Assembly: GCA_964016885.1 (NCBI GenBank)
Contig: OZ024747.1
Location: 32,922,001-32,986,000, forward strand
From: Eledone cirrhosa
Lineage: Eukaryota
Direction of reading: 5' to 3'
Length of the DNA stretch: 64,000 nt
Positions 18,001 to 30,600 of the stretch are shown here, piece by piece. Below the pieces are notes generated by a model. The model was given only the letters and a program-made list of their open reading frames with translations. It was not told where the DNA came from and did not search any database. Position numbers and translations under genes: made by a program. Positions within the stretch are counted from its first letter, which is position 1, and each line of letters opens with the position of its first letter.

Positions 18001-20278
18001 AGGGTAATACACAATATATCATTAGTACAGTAATACACAATATATCATTATCACAGTAATACACAATATATCATTATCACAGTAATACACAATATATCAT
18101 TATCAATGTAATACACAACATATCATTATCCCAGTAATACACAATATATCATTATCACACTAATATACAATATATCATTATCACAGTAATACACAGTATA
18201 TCATTATCAGTGTAATACACAATATATCATTATCACAGTAATCCACAATATATCATTATCTGTGTAATACACAATATATTATTGTCACAGTAATACACAT
18301 TATATCATTATCACAGAAATACACAATATATCATTATCACAGCTATACACAATATATCATTATCAGTGTAATACACAATATATCATTATCAGTGTAATAC
18401 ACAATATATCATTATCCCAATAATACACAATATATCATTATCACAGTAATACACAGTATATCATTATCAGTGTAATACACAATATATCATTATCCCAGTA
18501 ATACACAATATATCAATATCAGTGTAATACACAGTATATCATTATCTCAGTAATTCACAATACATCATTATCACAGTAATACACAATATATCATTATCAG
18601 TGTAATACACAATATATCATTATCACAGTAATACACAGTATATCATTATCAGTGTAATACACAGTATATCATTATCAGAGTAATACACAATATATCATTA
18701 TCACAGTAATACACAATATATCATTATCACAGTAATACACAATATATCATTATCACAGAAATACACAATATATCATTATCACAGCAATACACAATATATC
18801 ATTATCAGTGTAATACAGAATATATCATTATCAGTGTAATACACAATATATCATTATCACAGTAATACACAGTATATCATTATCACAGTAATACACAATA
18901 TATTATTATCAGTGTAATATACAATATATCATTATTCCAGTAATACACAGTATATCATTATCACAGTAATACACAATATATCATTATCAGTGTAATACAC
19001 AGTATATCATTAACAGTGTAATACACAGTATATCATTATCACAGTAATACACAGTATATCATTATCAGTGTAATACACAGTATATCATTAACAGTGTAAT
19101 ACACAGTATATCATTAACAGTGTAATACACAGTATATCATTATCACAGTAATACACAGTATATCATTATCAGTGTAATACACAGTATATCATTAACAGTG
19201 TAATACACAGTATATCATTATCACAGTAATACACAGTATATCATTATCAGTGTAATACACAGCATATCATTAACAGTGTAATACACAGTATATCATTATC
19301 ACAGTAATACACAGTATATCATTATCAGTGTAATACACAGCATATCATTAACAGTGTAATACACAGTATATCATTATCAGTGTAATACACAGTATATCAT
19401 TATCAGTGTAATATACAGCATATCATTATCAGTGTAATACACAGCATATCATTATCAGTGTAATACACAGTACATCATTATCAGTGTAATACACAGTATA
19501 TCATTATCACAGTAATACACAGTATATCATTATCAGTGTAATACACAGTATATCATTAACAGTGTAATACACAGTATATCATTATCAGTGTAATACACAG
19601 CATATCATTAACAGTGTAATACACAGTATATCATTATCAGTGTAATACACAGTATATCATTATCAGTGTAATACACAGCATATCATTATCAGTGTAATAC
19701 ACAGCATATCATTATCAGTGTAATACACAGCACATCATTATCAGTGTAATACACAGTATATCATTATCACAGTAATACACAGTATATCATTAACAGTGTA
19801 ATACACAGTATATCATTAACAGTGTAATACACAGTATATCATTATCAGTGTAATACACCGTATATCATTAACAGTGTAATACACAGTATATCATTATCAG
19901 TGTAATACACAGTATATCATTATCAGTGTAATACACAGCATATCATTATCAGTGTAATACACAGCATATCATTATCAGTGTAATACACAGTACATCATTA
20001 TCAGTGTAATACACAGCATATCATTAACAGTGTAATACACAGTATATCATTATCAGTGTAATACACAGTATATCATTATCAGTGTAATACACAGCATATC
20101 ATTATCAGTGTAATACACAGCATATCATTATCAGTGTAATACACAGTACATCATTATCAGTGTAATACACAGTATATCATTATCACAGTAATACACAGTA
20201 TATCATTATCAGTGTAATACACAGTATATCATTATCACAGTAATACACAGTATATCATTATCAGTGTAATATACAATA
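1..20278. repeat. 26-bp tandem satellite, ~780 monomers, running off the left edge of the window
   Basis: Monomer CACAGTAATACACAATATATCATTAT with recurrent variants (CAGTG-, CCCAG-, CACAGAA-, -CAGTA-) repeats without interruption to ~20278. The ORF track is empty here. Confidence 0.99.
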
Positions 20279-20439
20279 CTATTAAATCAACCATTGACAT
20301 CTGGGATCCTCACCATTGTGCATCAATTGTATGATTTTCTGTGAGGATGTTTGTTCAGTTTCTCATAAAATAATACCTATTTCCAGTGACTCAAATCAAA
20401 ATGTGTGGTCATTAGTGTATATATACAAGCACATACATA

Positions 20440-20637
20440 TGAATGCCAACTGAGATGTTTATATGCTAACCAAGATACTCTCATGTAATGACCAAATGCA
20501 ATTTAATTTTGGACATAGTCCCATGAAAGAAACAATGTAGTTATTAATAAGAAAAGTTGAAATTAATGCATGAAAGATTTCATAGCTCTAGCATCACTCT
20601 TTCATGTTTAGTCAATGTACGTTTCAGCCAACCCTCA
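20440..20637 (+). mobile_element. Degenerate mariner-type MITE, copy 1
   Basis: Colinear with 20662-20856 (shares CCAAGATACTCTCATG..ATGACCAAATG and CTAGCATCACTC). Ends ACCCTCA|TA. Confidence 0.65.
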
Positions 20638-20661
20638 TACACACACAGATACAAGCATATA

Positions 20662-20856
20662 CGAGGGTCAGCTGAAAATTCCATAGGCTGACCAAGATAC
20701 TCTCATGGAATGACCAAATGAGGTTTATTTTTCAACAAAGTTCCTGGGACAAAGTGCAGTTATCAATAAGAAGAGTTTAAATTACTGCATGCAAGATTTC
20801 ACAGCCCTAGCATCACTCCTTCCTAGTCAGCCTATGAACCATTTAAGTGACCCTCA
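20662..20856 (+). mobile_element. Mariner-type MITE (~195 bp), copy 2
   Basis: Left end TA|CGAGGGTCAGCTGAAAATTCCATAGGCTGAC; reverse complement of right end TA|TGAGGGTCACTTAAATGGTTCATAGGCTGAC. About 30-bp imperfect TIRs with TA flanks, as in Tc1/mariner. Confidence 0.75.
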
Positions 20857-21665
20857 TAGACACACATAGATACAAGCATAAAACAAAGATAAATAATAAA
20901 GAAGAAAGAAATTGTTTTGTTTTTGATTACTCTTGTCTAGTGATTCATATTAGTTTCTTCATTTCTCCCTAAGTCTTTCTCTGAAAATCACAGAAACTAT
21001 AGCAACCAGAGCTTATAAACTTCAATTGTCTTATACTCTGAGAAAATTGTTGAAGACCTGTCATTTAAATTCTATTTGCAGTGCAATGGAAATGGAAAGG
21101 TAAAAAACTTCCAATGAATCTTGGCGAGATTAAATTCAACAGCTTGAAATGAATAGAAATGGATTTATGTTGCTTGTGGATTACAGAGTTAACTGAATTA
21201 TTGTGAAGTATAGCATCTGTAAAATGTAGAAGAGGCATATACAGATAAGTAGGAGTAGGTAGGTGGGGGCATTTAAACCTTATTATTTGAAGTTTTGTTC
21301 CTTAAGGCTGCTCTGAATGGAGGGGTGAAGATCAAATGGGATTGAATTGGATTAAAATGACTTGAAGTTCTCATTCACCATTATTCAGACAATAAAATAA
21401 ATATGAACCAGTAATGAAACTTCTGAGTGATGATCAGTATTTTATCTGCGAAAAACAGCAGCTAAATACCCATCAAATCATACTCTATTGTCTTACATAA
21501 AAAAACATATATAGGATTAATTCTGGGAAAAAGACAGGATAATCATAGCTGTGATAATGGGACTGGTTTAATCACATATAATCTGTGATTAAACAATAAC
21601 TAGGACAACAACAGAAGCCACATAAACAAGTATCTGTTACATATGAAACATGATTCAATTGTCAT

Positions 21666-21964
21666 TTGGTGCCATGATAAAACCACCCAGTCCAGACTGT
21701 AAAGTGGTTGCGTTAGTGCTATGACAAATGAGCCCAGTTCATAATGTAAATTGGTTATTTTGGTGCCATGATAAAAAGCAACCAGTCCACACAGTAAATT
21801 TGTTTGCCGTTATGAAGGGCATCCAGCCATAGAAACTGACCCAGAAACATTTGTATATGAGCATTTCGCGCTCATCTGATCTGACTTATCTCACAATGGG
21901 ACAACTTCTCTAACCGTTGCTAACGTGGAAAGATGGATGTTAAACAGTGATGATGATGATGATG
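21666..21964 (+). mobile_element. RTE-tail/SINE-like retroposon with three ~47-bp internal units and a (GAT)n tail
   Basis: Contains GAAGGGCATCCAGCCATAGAAAC and ends GGATGTTAAACAGT(GAT)n. Homologous to the 3' ends of the RTE LINEs at 25380-25641 and 44000-44295. Confidence 0.8.
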
Positions 21965-22508
21965 AATAACCAACTGTAGTCCTCCACTTTTCAGTGAGAA
22001 TGTTTATCAACTTAAGGTAATACAAACAATTATAAAACTATGATGCAAAGAACAATATTTGAAGAATGGCAGAAATAATATATGGTTGGTCTGAAGACAT
22101 TTTAGTATATATGTCTTTAATATTAAGAATTGAAATCTTCCAAAAGTTGATTTTGCTTTTCGCCCTTTTGATGTTGAAAATATAATTTCTAACAGCAGCA
22201 CAAGAGTAGAAATTTGGGAAAAGGGAACAGTCAGTTTTATCAAGTCTAACCAGGCTCCCCCACCAGACTTGGCCTGGTGAGGAAGGTAAGTGGAAGCCCA
22301 GCAGCACAATAAACAAGTGCTATAAAAAAGGTGGATGAACTCCTCAAAGTCAATGGCCATCTACCTCAACTAAGGGGTAAATAGCCTTACCAACGTGCAA
22401 TTGGCCAGAGTATGGCCACACCCCTGACATGACCAAACCCAAACAAAAAGCAGTAAGAGAGATTCCAGAAGGAGGGAGAAGTCCCTGGATTAGATTGGAA
22501 TGGAGTTG

Positions 22509-22654
22509 AGTACTTGACTGGTACTTTATTGATCATGGAATGATGAAAGGCAAAATTGTCTTTGGCAGGATTTGAACCCAGTAATTAAAGAACTATAATC
22601 AAACACAGATGAGCATATTGTCTGACTTTTCAATTTTCCTGCCAATCCACCACC
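22509..22654 (-). mobile_element. tRNA-derived SINE (family A, resembling octopus OR-type SINEs)
   Basis: Minus strand reads GGTGGTGGATTGGCAG...GGGTTCAAATCCTGCC (B box)...TTTGCCTTTCATC...ATAAAGTACCAGT. The same motif order occurs at 45003, 51004, 51826 and 62925. Confidence 0.75.
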
Positions 22655-23397
22655 TTTCTAGACTGGATAATATATGAACAATTTTTGTGTTAGAATTGAT
22701 TTAATAGACTCCACTATCCCACTCCAACCTCAGGCATACAAACTTTCATCTCTGCGCCAATACAAATAAAATCAATATTCAAATATGTAACATAAAAATG
22801 AAATTGTCAAATTCTATATGTTTAGCATTTATTTCATAAAATGATAATATAATTATGCATGATGATTATGTAAAAAAAATACAGGTAATAAACAGCTATG
22901 AATGCCAAAAGTGCTTACATTTGTTATTTCTAATTTCAAAGAATAATTATATATTTAATCGGCAAAATACCAATTGTGTCATTTTTTAATAGCATGTTCT
23001 CTGTAATATTTCTTCTTTATCTCATCAAAAACTACAAAGTTTGGTATCTACAGAAATGAGCATGCCTAGAAATAAATACATATATTAAATATGACACACA
23101 TACACATGCATTCATGCGTATGCATATGCATGAACATATACATGTAGAATAGTAGTGTGAAGTGTGGGAAAAATGTGTATAAGAAATGTTAATTGGAAAA
23201 CCAATATAGAAACTATACTGAAAATAATAATAACTGAGCAAAACATAATATTTAGGTCAACAAAGGGAAAATGAATATCAACACACATATATAAAGTCAA
23301 AAGAATAAAGGAAAATATAGTATTAAAAAAACAAATATATGTTTCTGTTGTTAAAACAAAGTGAGATTAGGTCAAATCTATAATAAGTTAGACTATA

Positions 23398-23595
23398 CTA
23401 GGGTGCGCTGAAAAGTTCATAAGCTGACAGTGAAGGAGTGATGCTAGTGTTGTGAAATCTTGTATGCATTAATTTAAACTTTTCTTATTGATAACTGCTT
23501 TGTTTCTTTCCAGGTACTATGTTAAAAAATAAAACTCATTTGGTCATTCCATGAGAGTATCTTGGTCGGCCTATGAACTTTTTAGCCAACACACA
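23398..23595 (-). mobile_element. Mariner-type MITE, copy 3 (inverted relative to copies 1 and 2)
   Basis: TA|CTAGGGTGCGCTGAAAAGTTCATAAGCTGAC ... GTCGGCCTATGAACTTTTTAGCCAACACACA|TA. Contains the reverse complement of GACCAAGATACTCTCATG. Confidence 0.75.
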
Positions 23596-23671
23596 TAAAT
23601 GGTCCTGTGGTGAAAATGAAATTAGATTAGATCAAACTCTAAAACAGGTTAGAACAATACATATATATATG

Positions 23672-25641
23672 CAAGTTAATGGTAGTATAATAAGTAAGGC
23701 AATCAAAGATATGAAGACAGGCGAGGCAGCTGGGCCTTCAGAGATAGTTGCTGAGATGTTGAAGGCATCTGGAATGGTGGGACATACTATGGTCACCTGG
23801 ATAGTAAACCAAGAAATACAGAATGGGGTCATACCAAATGACTGGTGTAGAAGCATCATCATTAACTGCTACAAGGGCAAAGGAGATGCTCTAGATAGAG
23901 AAAACTATAGAGGCATTAAGTTAGTTGACAAGGTCATGAAGGTCACAGAAAGAGATATTGCACAACTAATTAGAGACCAAATTGATCTAGATGAAATGGA
24001 GTTTGGGTTTGTGCAAGGTAAAAGTACCACAGATGCTTTTTGCCTTGTACGGCAACTACAGAAGTACCTAGCTAAAGGTAAACCCATCTACTTAGCTTTT
24101 GTTGACTTGGAGAAAGCCTTTGACAGAGTCCCCTGCTCCATTATCTGGTGGGCCCTTAGAAAACTAGGAGTAGATAAATGGCTTGTGAGAGCTATACAAG
24201 CCATATATAAAGAAACAGTCAGCAAGGTTAGAATTAACAATGAATAGAGTGAAGAATTTAGTGTAAAAGTAGGTGTTCATCAAGGCTCTGTCCTTAGACC
24301 CCTCTTGTTTCTTATTGCCCTTCAGGCTATAACAGAGGAGTTTAAGATTGGCAGCCCATGGGAACTTCTATATGCAGTTGATCTAACTCTCATAACTGAA
24401 TCTATGGCTGAACTAGAGAAGAAATTCCAAACATGGAAGTATGACCTAGAATCAAAAGGCCTTAAAGTTAACTTGTCTAAGACTAAAGTTCTAATATGTA
24501 GAAAGGAAAATGGCCATGCTCAGTGTGTAGGAAAGGAGTATGTAGAAATTCCGTTCTATGCCCCAAATACAAACTATGGGTACATAAAAGATGTAGTGGG
24601 ATCACAGACAAGCTATCTAAGAATGTAGATTTTATATGTAGCCGATGCTCAGGTGCGATAAGTAGCAAGTGCCCACAGGATACTAGCTCCTTCTATTGCC
24701 CAGATAGTTCTATAGATATAGTGGACACTCTCCAATACGTGGGTGACAAAACCAGCAGTGGTGGAGGGTGCTCTGAAAGTACAGTAGCCAGAGTCAGAAT
24801 GGGATGGAAAAAGTTCCACTATTGGCCACAAAATGTTTCTCTCTAAAAAGGAAAGGCAGATTGTATGATGCCTGTATACGAACAGCAATGTTACATGGCA
24901 GTGAGACATGGGTATTGTGTGCAAAGGATCTGTGCAGACTGGAAAGTAACGAAGCATGCATGCTCCATTGGATGTGTAATAGTAATATACATGAACGGCA
25001 AAACATAAACGAAGTGAGAAATTAGGAATAAGATTGATCAGATGCTGTTTACTTGAGAGAAGACTACGTTTGTATGGTCATGTGATGCACATGAAAAATG
25101 ACAGATGTGTAAAAAAGTGCAGGGTGACCAAAATTGATGGAAGTTATGGAGTAGGTAGACTCAGAAAAACCTGGGACAACATGATAAAATCCGACCTTGC
25201 ACACTTGCACCTCTCTAAGACAATGTCACTGGATCGAGATCATTGGCACCATGCAGTAATACAGAAGACCCACCTTCCCTTCATATAAAGTTAACTTAGT
25301 CAGTAGGCACCTCCTAACCAAATATACACCCCAACCCACTACCCCCACTCCCACCAACCCCACCCTTTCTCTGTAAAGTTATGTTGGTGCCACAACATCC
25401 AGTCCAAACTTTGGAGGTCGTGTAGGTGTCACGATAAAAAAACACACAAAAGTAAAAAGGTTCCCAGTCTACACTATTAATGTGGTTGGTGTTAGGAAGG
25501 GCATCCAGAAGTCGAAAACCTGCCAGATACAGTCAGTCCTGTACGAGCGAGACATGGTCACCCGATCAATCTTGCCTCAAGTGGGACAATTACCATCTAA
25601 CCCATGCTAGCGTGGAAGATAGATGTTAAATGATGATGATG
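23672..25641 (+). mobile_element. 5'-truncated RTE-clade LINE (RT pseudogene, 3' UTR, (GAT)n tail)
   Basis: RT motifs YKGKGDA..NYRGIKL, FGFVQGKSTTDA, FVDLEKAFDRVP, WELLYAVDL (decayed YADD), MLHGSETW and RLRLYGHV are spread over ORFs 23573-25288 with stops and frameshifts. Ends GATGTTAAAT(GAT)n. Confidence 0.93.
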
Positions 25642-26019
25642 CTATAGTCACACTATAATGACATCAATAATATCACAGTTGTGATTGAGTGAAGGCTATT
25701 TATGATGACAAATCTTGACACATAACAATAACAAAGGAGTAGTGTTCTTTTTTTGCTTTTCCTTTCTACAAAGTTCAATAAAGAAATAGCATGTGTATGG
25801 TGGGAGATGGTAAATTACAGCCAGGCAACTACTAAAGCAAAATATTCAAGTCACACAAACATTATTGATTAGCCTTCAATCATATATTGACTGCATTGAT
25901 ATATCAAGTGGACATGAGATTGTATTTTCCTTTTATTGCAAGATTGACTTATTGTAAAATCAGTAAACTTTTGCTTTTTATAAAAAGTAGAGCTGTGAAG
26001 TTACAGATTAGTTTAATGC

Positions 26020-26180
26020 AAATGCTTATTACCATGGTTACAATAGAATTACATTTTGAATTATATTTTATCACAAACTGGTCACAGAGAATCTCCTCTT
26101 TGTTCTTGTGGTGACTTCCTAGTAACTCATTGGCACTATTTATTCCAATGTAAAAACTATCAGTCTGAGAGAGGTAGGAC
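26020..26180 (+). pseudogene. Decayed non-LTR retrotransposon C-terminal CCHC zinc-knuckle fragment
   Basis: Hand translation LNYILSQTGHRESPLCSCGDFLVTHWHYLFQCKNYQSER fits the LINE ORF2 end pattern LNxxLxxxGxxxSPxCxCGxxxxTxxHxxxxCxxYxxxR. There is an in-frame stop just upstream. Confidence 0.55.
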
Positions 26181-26233
26181 ATCTTGAAGCTGATCATTAA
26201 AAAAATACCATGATACAATATATTGTCAAAGAT

Positions 26234-26730
26234 AAACACCTTATATAATAGAACACCATTTTATATAATATTTCTTATGGAACACCTTATGTAATACAAC
26301 ACCGCATATAATATATCTTATATAACACCTTGTGTAATACAACATCGCCTTATACAATATTCGTTATATGACACCTTATATAATACATAACCGCTTTATA
26401 TAATATAATGCCTTATATAACAGGGGTGGCAGGAGCATTTCTGAATTGGTTTGGCCAAATTTAATCAATTTAGTTGCAGTAATAAGTTTAGCTCTTTGCA
26501 CTAAAAAATGGTCTGAAACTTTGATATACGATAAACAAAACATGTACATGAACTGTAGTGCATATCCAAATAGATGTGAGTTTTGATAGTTTGGGGAGAC
26601 AAATATTATTATTGGAGGGTCAATGGTCCCCTTTCCCCCAGTTTCACCGCTCCTGTATAATATACACACCTTATGTAATGTATCAACACTTTTTAATGCC
26701 TTATACAATATAACAACATCTTCTATAATA
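26234..26730. repeat. Degenerate short-period minisatellite (AACACCTTATATAAT-like), split by a MITE
   Basis: Recurrent ACACCTTAT(A/G)TAAT units on both sides of 26421-26655. Confidence 0.6.
26421..26655. mobile_element. Small non-autonomous DNA transposon with hAT-like ends
   Basis: Starts CAGGGGTGG and ends CCGCTCCTG (rc CAGGAGCGG). Flanked by TATAA on both sides. Interrupts the minisatellite. Confidence 0.5.
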
Positions 26731-26757
26731 CAAGTGGAGCGGAACTACTTCATACCT

Positions 26758-27274
26758 TGCAACAACAATGTTTCATATGTGATTTGGTTAAACAAACCAA
26801 TCGTATTAGATCGCGTATGAATACATTGTAGCCTCCTCCTTATAAAACCTTCTGGTTCACCAGAGAAATAACTTTGGACAGCAAGAGAAGACGTACTACT
26901 GAGTAGCTCCTGCATATTCTTCGTATTTTCTTGTGAAGAGGAACTAAATATTTATCAATGAGACATATTCAACATCTCGGGAATTGTTCTATTACGGTAT
27001 GAGATATTCAACGTTTCCTGTTTTGTTCTAGACAGTATCTGCCTAGCTTCAACCTAATGGCTAGTAATTGCTTTGATTTCTTATATCCTCCTGCATATAT
27101 AAATTCGGCCTTCAAATAATAACTATGTATTTATATCGAATTGAGTGTTAAAAATATAATTTCTTTTACATGGATGTCAGAAGCCTGTCACTGCAAGTAA
27201 AAGAAGGACCGCACAAAATATTTCAACCTTAATAAGCATTTAACTCTCGTTTCGTTATAAAATGGTGACTCAAC
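26758..27274 (+). repeat. Probable 5' LTR plus primer-binding site of the Gypsy element
   Basis: Starts TGCAACAA and ends TCGTTATA (decayed TGTAACGA...TCGTTACA inverted termini), followed at 27263 by TGGTGACTC (PBS-like). No second LTR was found, so the boundaries are inferred. Confidence 0.45.
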
Positions 27275-27614
27275 AATAACGAACACGTTTTCTTCACACG
27301 TGGAATCCTCATTCAATATGGCTACCTACTTTGTCTTATGTTCTTTTCGCGCGTTGTCGGGATACAAAACCATTTTCAAAAATGGCGACACCCCTTCTTG
27401 TTCACCTGTTCCCGCGCCTTCGTTTTGGTTTGAACATGCGCAGTGAGTATGCACTCCAGACTTACAACCTTGAGTGACCAACCAGTGGCCTAATCGTGCA
27501 CGGATAGATTATTAACACGATTATTGACATTATTGCTCACAAGGAGTTGTTTAGCTGATTGTTTAGCAGTTTAGCGTTCGTCCTCCTCCTTTCTTTCTGC
27601 AAAAGGAAGTAACA

Positions 27615-30600
27615 CTCTACCAATGTATATAGGTGATATTCGAATTTGGCTCACACAAATGGAATCTTATTTTCTGACCAATAATATACCTTCAGATACT
27701 TGACAGCTCCACCTTTTACTCAGGGCCATTCCTGCTTCCTTAACGCCAGCTGTTAAGGATTTAATCACTGATCCGTCACCTGAAGCAACTTACAACATCG
27801 TAAAGAAAGAAATTCTTCAGCATACCTCTATTTCAGCTGAAAAGAGATTCCGTACTTTGGTAAACGATGAGCATCTTGGCGATCGTCAGCCTAAACAGTT
27901 CTTGTGTAGAATGAGAGCTTGCAGAACATTCACCAGCAGACAGCGTAATGATAAAGCAGTTGTTTTACTCAAGGCTGCCACCTAATGTGCAGACCATTTT
28001 GGTACTAATGATGGTGACCAGTTTGGCGGATCAACTAGCTTCGTCTGCTGATAAGATCGTAGACTATACCAGCAACTCTATCACATCTATCCCGACGCGA
28101 CTCATGGCAAATTTTTCATGTTCGCCAGTCGCGTCAGTATCTACCAATGTTATGTCGCCTACTGAGGCAACGTTTAAGGCCATTCGAGAATTAACAAAAG
28201 AGGCGCAACTCCTACGCTTCTCCAGGTCACAATCGGATTCCTTCTCTCACGCACGTTGTCTCATTGACACGGGTGCGTCATGCAGCATTTGGCCATTGAA
28301 GCTTTTGAAAGAGAAACCTACTCTCTCACAGATATCGCTACAAGCCATAAACCATCCTGCTATTCCTATGTATGGAGAACTCTCTTACTCTTTGGATCTG
28401 GATTTACGTAGGGATTTCACATGGATTTTCACCATAGCGGATTTGCCATATCCTATACTGGGTGCCGAATTTTTGCATCATTATAATCTTATGGTTGATA
28501 TGCGAACATGTCGTTTATTGGATGCGACTACGAATCTTTCTGCACCTGGACGTACATCAGTTATCCAGTCACTTACTCCAGTCTTCTTCATCGCTGTTTT
28601 GGATGACCCTTATCATGCACTTTTACATTCTTTTCTGGAAATAACTAATCTGAACTTTGTGAGAGATACCCCTACTCACTCTACCAAGTATTTTATTGAG
28701 GGTGCTCCAATTTTCAGACGCCCGTGTCGTCTCTCTCTCCAGAAAAATTGAAAGCGGCTAAAGCAGAGTTTAATGATGTTGCAGTTGGGTATCATTTGCC
28801 CTTCTTCCAGTCCGTGGGCCTCGCCTTTGCATATGGTTCCGAAACGTTCGGGAGACTGGCATCCCACTGGAGATTTTCGGATAATGAATTCGATCACTGT
28901 GCCTGATCGTTATCTCATTCCTCATATCCAGGATTTCTTATCTTCTTTTCATGGATGTACCATTGTTTTCCAAATTGAACTTGATCAAAGCTTACCATCA
29001 AATTCCTGTGAATTCTGCGGATATTCGTAAAACTGCTGTCTCTACACCTTTCGGTGCATACAAGTTTTTAACAAGGCCTTTTGGATTACGCAATGTTGCT
29101 AGTACCTTCCAGCGATTTATGGACGAAGTCGTCCGTGATTTAGACTTCATATACTGTTATATCGACGATATTTTCATCGCAACTTCTTCACCAGAGGATC
29201 ATATCTTGCAACTGTTTGAACGATTTAGGCAGTACCAAGTTCGTATTAACCCTGCGGAGTGTATTTTTGGCGCTGCTTCACTCGTCCTTTTGGGCCACAT
29301 GAATAACTCTGAGGGAATATCCCCACTTCCTGAGAAAGTGAAGGCTCTTCAGGAACTCCATCCACCTACTTCCTTGCGACAGCTGCGGCAGTTCCTGGGC
29401 CTCCTAAATTATTATCACCGGTTTATTCGCCATTGCGCAGATCTCTTAGCTCCATTGTCTGATTTCTTATATAACAGAAAGGAAAAATGAACCAATCGCT
29501 TTGGGTCCCATGCAGCTTGAGGCATTCTCCAAAGCTAAACAGAATTTAGCAAACGCATCTGTTTGCACACCCTGTGTCTGGTGCCCAGTTTTCACTGGTT
29601 GTGGATGCATCACACAGCTGTAGGTGCAGGATTGCAACAGCATCATCAGCAACAGCTTCAACCTCTTGCTTTCTTTTCTAAGCAGCTAAAGCCCGCAGAA
29701 TCGCACTATAGCACTTTCGGCCGCTAACTGTAAGCCATTTTCCTGGCTGTCAAACACTTTCGGCATTCACTGGAAGGCCGACAATTTACGATCTGTACCG
29801 ACCATCGTCCCCTTACGTTTGTATTTTGTTCCAAGCCAGACAAATACTCACCTTGGGAAACTCATCATTTGGACTTCATTTCCCAGTTTACAAACGATAT
29901 TCGTCATATCCCTGGTGAACAAAGTTCAGTGACGGATGCTTTATCTCACCTGCCCATCAATTCCTTGTCAGCACCTGCGAATATGGACTTGCACCTCATG
30001 CCTGCAGAACAGCCCACCCTAAAAAAACGTTGGATCTTTCTTCACTGGAATTAGCATCCTGCAATTTCAAATACCTGCCTGTACCCATTTCAGTCTCTCA
30101 GATTCTGTGATACTGTAACAGATTCACCTCGCCCTCTGGGCGAATAGTTTTCGACTAACTACACAGTCGGAATTTCAAGCACAGTAAAAACTCATTTCGG
30201 CTAGATTCTTCTGGCCAAATATGAGACGTGATATCACTGCTTGGTCACGTTCTTGTTTGTCTTGTCAGAAGTTGAAGGTGCATAAACATATTCGCGCACC
30301 TCTCGGCACATTTAGCAGCACACCTCACGCACGCATTTGCCACATACATATCGATCTTGTGGGACCTTGGTCCGTCAGTCTTGGATGTTCATACATCCTG
30401 ACCTACAATGATGATTTCACTCAGTGGCCTGAAGCCATTCCTCTTAGTGACATGACTGCCGAATCTGTAGTGCGAGCCCTGGTTTCAGGATGGATATCGT
30501 GCTACGGAGTCCCTATCACTATTACTACAGACTGTGGTAGGCAGTTCGAATCTCAACTTTTTACAGATCTATCAAATATCATTGGTGCTCAACGTATCCA

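Noticed and set aside
1-20278. CRISPR array or coding tandem repeat
   Set aside because: Monomers are contiguous with no unique spacers, there are no cas genes, and the 26-bp period puts stops in every frame.
22160-22490. Host exon or LINE fragment (ORFs 22007-22360; likewise 49318-49560)
   Set aside because: Faint resemblance to LINE ORF2 pieces but no unambiguous motif; too decayed to call without a profile search.
21050-26173. Spliced, domesticated LINE-derived gene joining 20974-21099 to 26088-26173 (phases match: ...CHLNSICSAMEMER-ESPLCSCG...)
   Set aside because: The unspliced sequence upstream of 26088 already gives the canonical LNYILSQTGHRESPLC with a nearby stop, so a decayed LINE explains it. 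The acceptor is weak. Only RNA-seq junction reads could revive the idea.
26234-26730. Minisatellite as progenitor of the 26-bp satellite
   Set aside because: Only short AT-rich words (GTAATAC, TATACAATAT) are shared, and the period differs.
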